Shown here piece after piece: positions 59,561 to 64,000 of a stretch of DNA of 64,000 nucleotides. Source of the DNA: Candidatus Multivoradales bacterium (GTDB lineage: Bacteria; Acidobacteriota; Thermoanaerobaculia; Multivoradales; JAHEKO01); NCBI GenBank assembly GCA_965248055.1, contig CBDFIJ010000004.1, positions 2,496,001 to 2,560,000 of the forward strand, read 5' to 3'. A program made the translations under genes and the position numbers. Position 1 is the first letter of the stretch, and every line of letters starts with the position of its first letter. The notes beneath the pieces were generated by a model. That model worked only from the letters and a program-made list of their open reading frames with translations. It had not been told where the DNA came from and made no database searches.

Positions 59561-60400
59561 CTAAGAATCGCCGTCTTCTTCGCCTTCGCTGTCTGCCTCT
59601 TCACTCGCTGCGTGCATCTCAGCGATGTACGACAGGTCGGCGCGTGGGAACCAGTTCTCCTGTTGATATCCGGAAATGCAATCTCTCCACTCAGCAAAGA
59701 GCGCGTCCTTCTCTTCCTCACCGAAGGCTTCGGTGAGAACCGCAGGCGCGGTCTTCGCTTCGTAGTAAGCGACCGGGCTTGCGGCCATGGTTACCATGAC
59801 GAAAGAACCCTCACCAATGGTGACTTCATGGGTAGTCCAATGTCCCGGGGTTTCGGTTTGCGCCCAAGCGTCAACCACCTTCTTGACCACTGCCTCAAAT
59901 CGCTCCCCCATTCCCGGCTTCACCGAGTGGACGCTAACCTGGATAAACCCCGGAGGGCCTTCCATTTCACCGGAGTGAAAAGAAAGATCTGGGCGCATTT
60001 TGTTAACGCTGCTGGAGACCACTTGGAAGTCGATTCCAGAAGCGGTGTCGCGCAACCCAGCCATGGTGTCCTCGCCGATCGCCTCAACCATTTTGGCTTG
60101 CATTTCATCGCCGTGATCAAAGCTCGCCATGTCGTTGTGCATGTCGACGATGGTGTAGTCGAATCCGTTTGAGGACATGTACCAGTCCCAAGTGGAGTCC
60201 ATCTCAGCGCCGGCGAACGCAGCAACCCAGTCCTTGCCCAGCTGCACCCACTCATCGGAATGGGCGGGGTTGACCCGGTAGTGGGTGACGTGGGCGTACA
60301 TCGTTGGACCCTCATCGCCCTCTTCATCAGCCCGCAAGACGGTCGTGGTCGCCACCAAACACAGAGCCAGCAACCCGAATACAAATAGTTTCTTCGACAA
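59561..60400 (-). CDS. Secreted hypothetical protein with two tandem NIPSNAP/ABM-like domains
   Basis: SD AGAAGGAGG + TTG; signal peptide; internal repeat (YRVNPAH..EW...RPDLSF / HSVKPGM..RF...RADLSY); fold assignment is inference. Confidence 0.75.
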   Translation of the reverse strand: MSKKLFVFGLLALCLVATTTVLRADEEGDEGPTMYAHVTHYRVNPAHSDEWVQLGKDWVAAFAGAEMDSTWDWYMSSNGFDYTIVDMHNDMASFDHGDEMQAKMVEAIGEDTMAGLRDTASGIDFQVVSSSVNKMRPDLSFHSGEMEGPPGFIQVSVHSVKPGMGERFEAVVKKVVDAWAQTETPGHWTTHEVTIGEGSFVMVTMAASPVAYYEAKTAPAVLTEAFGEEEKDALFAEWRDCISGYQQENWFPRADLSYIAEMHAASEEADSEGEEDGDS

Positions 60401-60553
60401 TTTTGCCTCCTTCTAACCAACTCTAGGTTGGTTTCCTTTGGTTTCCCGTAGTTCGAGCTTCACAAATATTTGTCAACTCAAAGCGAGCTGAAGCTCGGGA
60501 TCGTGGCGACAGTATAGCTTGGCTTTTCGCCGTGCTGGACTAGACGTTGTGTT

Positions 60554-60901
60554 CAATCGTTCCACGCAGTTCCCGTTGCCAGCCAGGCGATCTTGCAGCC
60601 TGCTTACGAGATCCCAACGGTGTAGATCGCTGCAACCCCGGCAAGATGCCATCGAAAGAAGGCGCTGTATTCGGACAGTTTGCCGACTGTTTTGATGGTC
60701 GACCTGTACACATTAGATAGTGTTTGTTATGGAACGGTTGGTTCCGCAAAGGGGGAAATTCCGAGCGGCTTACCTTGGTCACTGCAGTTCCTGAGTTTTA
60801 TGAGCAGAGAATAGGATGAAGTGACGCGGAAAGCGATAGTCTGCCCTTCGCCTTGAAACCAACCTCGCCGCGAAGGCGTAGGTTGGACGACGGCTCAGAA
60901 C
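60554..60901 (+). ncRNA. Candidate structured non-coding RNA of unknown family
   Basis: Several complementary segments found by eye whose non-Watson-Crick pairs are G-U on the plus strand; no convincing ORF; see findings. Confidence 0.3.
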
Positions 60902-60946
60902 ACCTCAATATGTTTTTGTTCCGAGTTACCTAAACTCCTACTAATT

Positions 60947-62401
60947 ATGAATCACCAGCGTTCGTTTTTCCCCACGCCAGTGGTCAGCGGTTTACTAATT
61001 GTGGGACTGGTCTTGATCGCTGGCTGTCGGGCGAGCATCTTTCACTCCTCCCCCGATCTGGGACAGATCTACACCCGCGAGGCCAGTACCGAAGGGCCAG
61101 ACCGCAATCCGGTGATCGTCATCCCAGGGTTGACGGGCTCACGCTTGGTCGACCCTGAATCTGGGCGCCTAGTGTGGGGTGCTTTCTCCGGAGACTACGC
61201 GAAACCCAACAACCCTGAAGACGTTCGATTGCTGGCCTTGCCGATGGCAGAAGGAAAAGAGCTACACGAGCTGACCGACCAGATGAAGCCGGACGGAGTT
61301 TTGGACCGCGTGCGGATCAGGCTTCTAGGTGTGCCCCTGGATCTGCGCGCGTATTTTCAAATCCTCTCGGCTTTGGGCGTCGGTGGCTATCGAGACGAGA
61401 CCATTGATTTGGCTGAAAAGGTTCAATGGGGCGATGCTCACTTCACTTGCTTTCAGTTTGACTACGACTGGCGGCGAGATAACGTGGAGAACGCGCAACG
61501 GTTGCATCAATTCATCGAACAAAAGCGCGCCTATGTTCGCTCTGAAACGTGGCGACGGTTCGGGGTCGACCGCGAAGACATCAAGTTTGACGTCGTCGCA
61601 CATTCCATGGGCGGCCTTCTGCTGCGCTATTACTTGCGCTACGGCGACGCAGATCTGCCACAAGATGGATCACTACCGACACCGACCTGGGCAGGCGCCG
61701 CCAATATCGGTCGTGCGATCCTGGTCGCGACTCCCAATGCTGGAACTCTCGAGAGTTTGGAGCAGTTGACTCGCGGGCGAGACTACGGACCTTTCTTGCC
61801 AAAATATTCGTCAACCATATTGGGTACGTTTCCTTCCGGCTACCAAATGCTGCCCCGAGCGCGGCACCAAATGATCAGTGTCGGGGATCAGGTTGTGGAA
61901 GACGTGTTTGATCCTGAACTGTGGCAAGAATTGGAATGGGGTCTGGCGGCTCCAGAGGCAGAAACCGAGCTGGCTTGGCTGCTTCCTGAGGTAGAAGACC
62001 CCGCGGTTCGCCGACGAATCGCCCTCGACCATCAACGCAAGGCTTTGGCCCGGGCCAAGCAGTTCACAGCCTCGATTGATTTTGAGGACCACCCTGAGTC
62101 TGCGGTCGAGTACTACATGATCGCTGGCGATTCGATTCCTACTGCGCGACGGGCGCGGGTCGATCCTCAATCGGGCAAGATCAAGGTGCAAGAGACCGGA
62201 CCTGGAGATGGCAAGGTGTTGCGCTCGAGTGCGCTGCTGGACGAACGCATGGATGGCGATTGGGCCCCCGGATTGCGCAGTCCGATTGTGTGGCGCAATG
62301 TGATGTTTCTTTCCAAGGGACACATGGGGCTGACGAAGGATCCGGTATTTACCGACAATTTGCTGTTTTGGCTGCTACAGCAGCCCAGAGATGGTGACTG
62401 A
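60947..62401 (+). CDS. LCAT/PLA-like alpha/beta hydrolase (lipase/acyltransferase), probable lipoprotein
   Basis: Lipobox LIAGC; PVIVIPGLTGSRL, FDYDWR, VAHSMGG nucleophile elbow, TPNAG, GDG.V, GH. Confidence 0.88.
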   Translation: MNHQRSFFPTPVVSGLLIVGLVLIAGCRASIFHSSPDLGQIYTREASTEGPDRNPVIVIPGLTGSRLVDPESGRLVWGAFSGDYAKPNNPEDVRLLALPMAEGKELHELTDQMKPDGVLDRVRIRLLGVPLDLRAYFQILSALGVGGYRDETIDLAEKVQWGDAHFTCFQFDYDWRRDNVENAQRLHQFIEQKRAYVRSETWRRFGVDREDIKFDVVAHSMGGLLLRYYLRYGDADLPQDGSLPTPTWAGAANIGRAILVATPNAGTLESLEQLTRGRDYGPFLPKYSSTILGTFPSGYQMLPRARHQMISVGDQVVEDVFDPELWQELEWGLAAPEAETELAWLLPEVEDPAVRRRIALDHQRKALARAKQFTASIDFEDHPESAVEYYMIAGDSIPTARRARVDPQSGKIKVQETGPGDGKVLRSSALLDERMDGDWAPGLRSPIVWRNVMFLSKGHMGLTKDPVFTDNLLFWLLQQPRDGD

Positions 62402-62431
62402 GCCAGGTGCTAAATCGGCAATGAGCGGCAG

Positions 62432-63772
62432 GTGAGAAAGTCCATAACTATGCGCCCGGTGGTTATTGCCTGTTGCGTGGTTGCGGCAACGGTCGCTGCC
62501 TGTGCCACCCTCGATTTGCAGCCCTCGCCTGCGAGTTCCAACGTCGACTCGAGCTTGACGCCGGTGGTGTTTATTCCGGGGATGACTGGAACCAAGTTAG
62601 TCGACCCAGCAACCGGAAAGATGTTGTGGGGTTCGGCGACCCAACTACTGCGTCCCCGAGATGGTGGCTACAGCGTTGCCCTACCGGTGGGCTATGGGGA
62701 GTTGATGAAATCTCGGTTGCGTGCGACCTCACCGATCCTGCGCATGAGGCTGTTGACTTGGAGCAAGCCGATCTATCAACCGATCGTCGACCGCTTGACT
62801 CAGGGAGGCTATCGGCTCGGTCGCCTTGAAGCCCCTGATACCGACGACAGTTTGTTCTTTTTTAACTACGACTGGCGTGCCGACAACCTGCTCACGGTGC
62901 GTCAATTGGATCGACAGTTGGAGGCGTTGCGACAAGCCCATGGCGGCGAGGTTGCGGTCGATCTGGTCTGTCAGAGTAACGCTGCCAAGATCTGCCGTTA
63001 TTTGGCCAAATATGGTGCCCTACCCTTAGACCAGGCGGAACAAGGAGTACAGCCAAAGAGTCGTTACCAGATCCGCAAACTGGTTCTGGCTGGTGCTTCG
63101 AACAATGGGTCGATCCGCGTCTTGGAGTTGTTGATTCACGGACGCAGCTACATCCCGGTTGTCGGACGACGACTGCTGCCCGAGACCTTTTTCACCCTCA
63201 GACCGTTGTTTGATGATCTTCCGCCGGAGCGCAAAGATTTGTTCTTTGATCGCCAGGGGGAGTCGCTACCGGTAGATCTGTTCAACCCACAGATGTGGCG
63301 AGAGTATGGCTGGTCGATTTTTGGCAAGGCCGAAACGGCGCGCGTGGCGAAGCGGGGTCGTAGCGACCTGTTCGGCAATGCCCAGGAGCGGTTTCGTTAC
63401 TTGGCTCAACGTCTTGACCGCTCACAAAGACTGCACCGTTTACTGCAGATCGAGTCGCCGTGGTTTCCTAATGTGGACTACTACCGACTGGAGAATCAAT
63501 CCGTTCCAACAGTCGACCGTGCCTTGCTGACTCAGCAAGACGGCGTCTGGCAAACGGTCTTTCCCGAGGATGACTTGATCCAAGACGATCCGTTGCTGTT
63601 TGAACTGGCCACGGTACCCGGTGACGGCCATGCAACCTTGGCCAGCCAACGGTACCTGTCCGGCCAAGAGAGCGCTGCGATGAAGGGGACGGCGATGGTC
63701 GAAGGTGGCCATTTCGAAATGGTGGTTGAGCCCCCCGGACTCCAAGCCTTGACTTCCTTCTTGCAGGATTAG
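62432..63772 (+). CDS. LCAT-like alpha/beta hydrolase paralog with atypical nucleophile elbow, probable lipoprotein
   Basis: Lipobox VAAC; PVVFIPGMTGTKL, FNYDWR, VCQSNAA in place of AHSMGG, GDGHA, GH; start 62432 or 62450. Confidence 0.82.
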   Translation: MRKSITMRPVVIACCVVAATVAACATLDLQPSPASSNVDSSLTPVVFIPGMTGTKLVDPATGKMLWGSATQLLRPRDGGYSVALPVGYGELMKSRLRATSPILRMRLLTWSKPIYQPIVDRLTQGGYRLGRLEAPDTDDSLFFFNYDWRADNLLTVRQLDRQLEALRQAHGGEVAVDLVCQSNAAKICRYLAKYGALPLDQAEQGVQPKSRYQIRKLVLAGASNNGSIRVLELLIHGRSYIPVVGRRLLPETFFTLRPLFDDLPPERKDLFFDRQGESLPVDLFNPQMWREYGWSIFGKAETARVAKRGRSDLFGNAQERFRYLAQRLDRSQRLHRLLQIESPWFPNVDYYRLENQSVPTVDRALLTQQDGVWQTVFPEDDLIQDDPLLFELATVPGDGHATLASQRYLSGQESAAMKGTAMVEGGHFEMVVEPPGLQALTSFLQD

Positions 63773-63886
63773 CCGTTCTTGCTGGGCGCTGAAGCCCCTG
63801 TCTCAACGTTGTGGTCGCGAACCCAAATTGGATGCCAAAGAAAACTGGGAGTGGCCGCATTTGCCGCTGGCCGTACAATGGTCCCC

Positions 63887-64000
63887 ATGTCTGTTTCACG
63901 GCTGGAGCACATCACCAAGATCGGGGTCGAAGACTTTGGCGCCTTGGCCGACGAACTCAACGACCCTGAGATTCTGCGGCTAGAGAATCTCGATACCGAT
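63887..64000 (+). CDS. Probable PLP-dependent aminotransferase, N-terminus only (3' truncated)
   Basis: MSVSRLEHITKIGVEDFGALADELNDPEILRLENLDTD resembles class I/II aminotransferase N-termini; TACAAT 7 nt upstream; below the ORF track length cutoff. Confidence 0.6.
   Translation, partial: MSVSRLEHITKIGVEDFGALADELNDPEILRLENLDTD

Noticed and set aside
60540-60782. 80-aa minus-strand ORF in the large intergenic region
   Set aside because: No SD, atypical composition, no motif.
60660-60900. Resemblance to c-di-GMP-I (GGCAAAC on minus) or glycine (CGCC..GAAGGCG, CTCAG) riboswitches, tmRNA, RNase P or 6S
   Set aside because: Required companion motifs are missing (GNRA loop plus CGCAAAGC; GGAGA plus CTCAGG; tRNA-like ends; GAGGAAAGTCC; long rod with central bubble).

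Overview
Gene-dense bacterial chromosomal window (roughly 58-60% GC by eye), mostly core genome. I saw no tRNA, rRNA, CRISPR array, integrase or transposase. The gene content (GWxTD-VWA fusion, PDZ-sensor kinase with sigma54 regulator, DUF5916 protein, archaeal-like ArgRS and ApgM, mfd followed by SurA-like genes) suggests a diderm member of Acidobacteriota, possibly Thermoanaerobaculia-like; this is inference only. Contents in order: mfd (5' truncated); two SurA/parvulin-like foldases; a dcw cluster mraZ-rsmH-ftsL-ftsI-murE-murF-mraY-murD-ftsW-murG-murC-ftsQ-ftsA-ftsZ with four MraZ boxes; VanZ-like gene; a probably frameshifted GT-C glycosyltransferase; thiC with a TPP riboswitch; a fused 2-oxoacid dehydrogenase E1; a triple TonB-C protein; argS; macrodomain; M1 aminopeptidase; apgM; trmJ; maf; GWxTD-VWA; iscS-mnmA; rsmI; slt-murA-prmC-prfA; DUF5916; a PDZ-histidine kinase/NtrC pair with an upstream outer-membrane protein; comF; a small beta-barrel; hflX; a secreted two-domain protein; two tandem LCAT-like lipoproteins; and the start of an aminotransferase. 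The best leads are (1) a ~350-nt, apparently structured non-coding region at 60554-60901 that matches no RNA family I recognise, (2) the PDZ-kinase/sigma54 module with a palindromic sigma54 site and tandem enhancer-like boxes, (3) the LCAT-like lipoprotein pair in which one copy has an altered nucleophile elbow, and (4) repeated -10 boxes placed directly before start codons, suggesting leaderless mRNAs. All pairings and motifs were found by eye; no folding program or database search was run.
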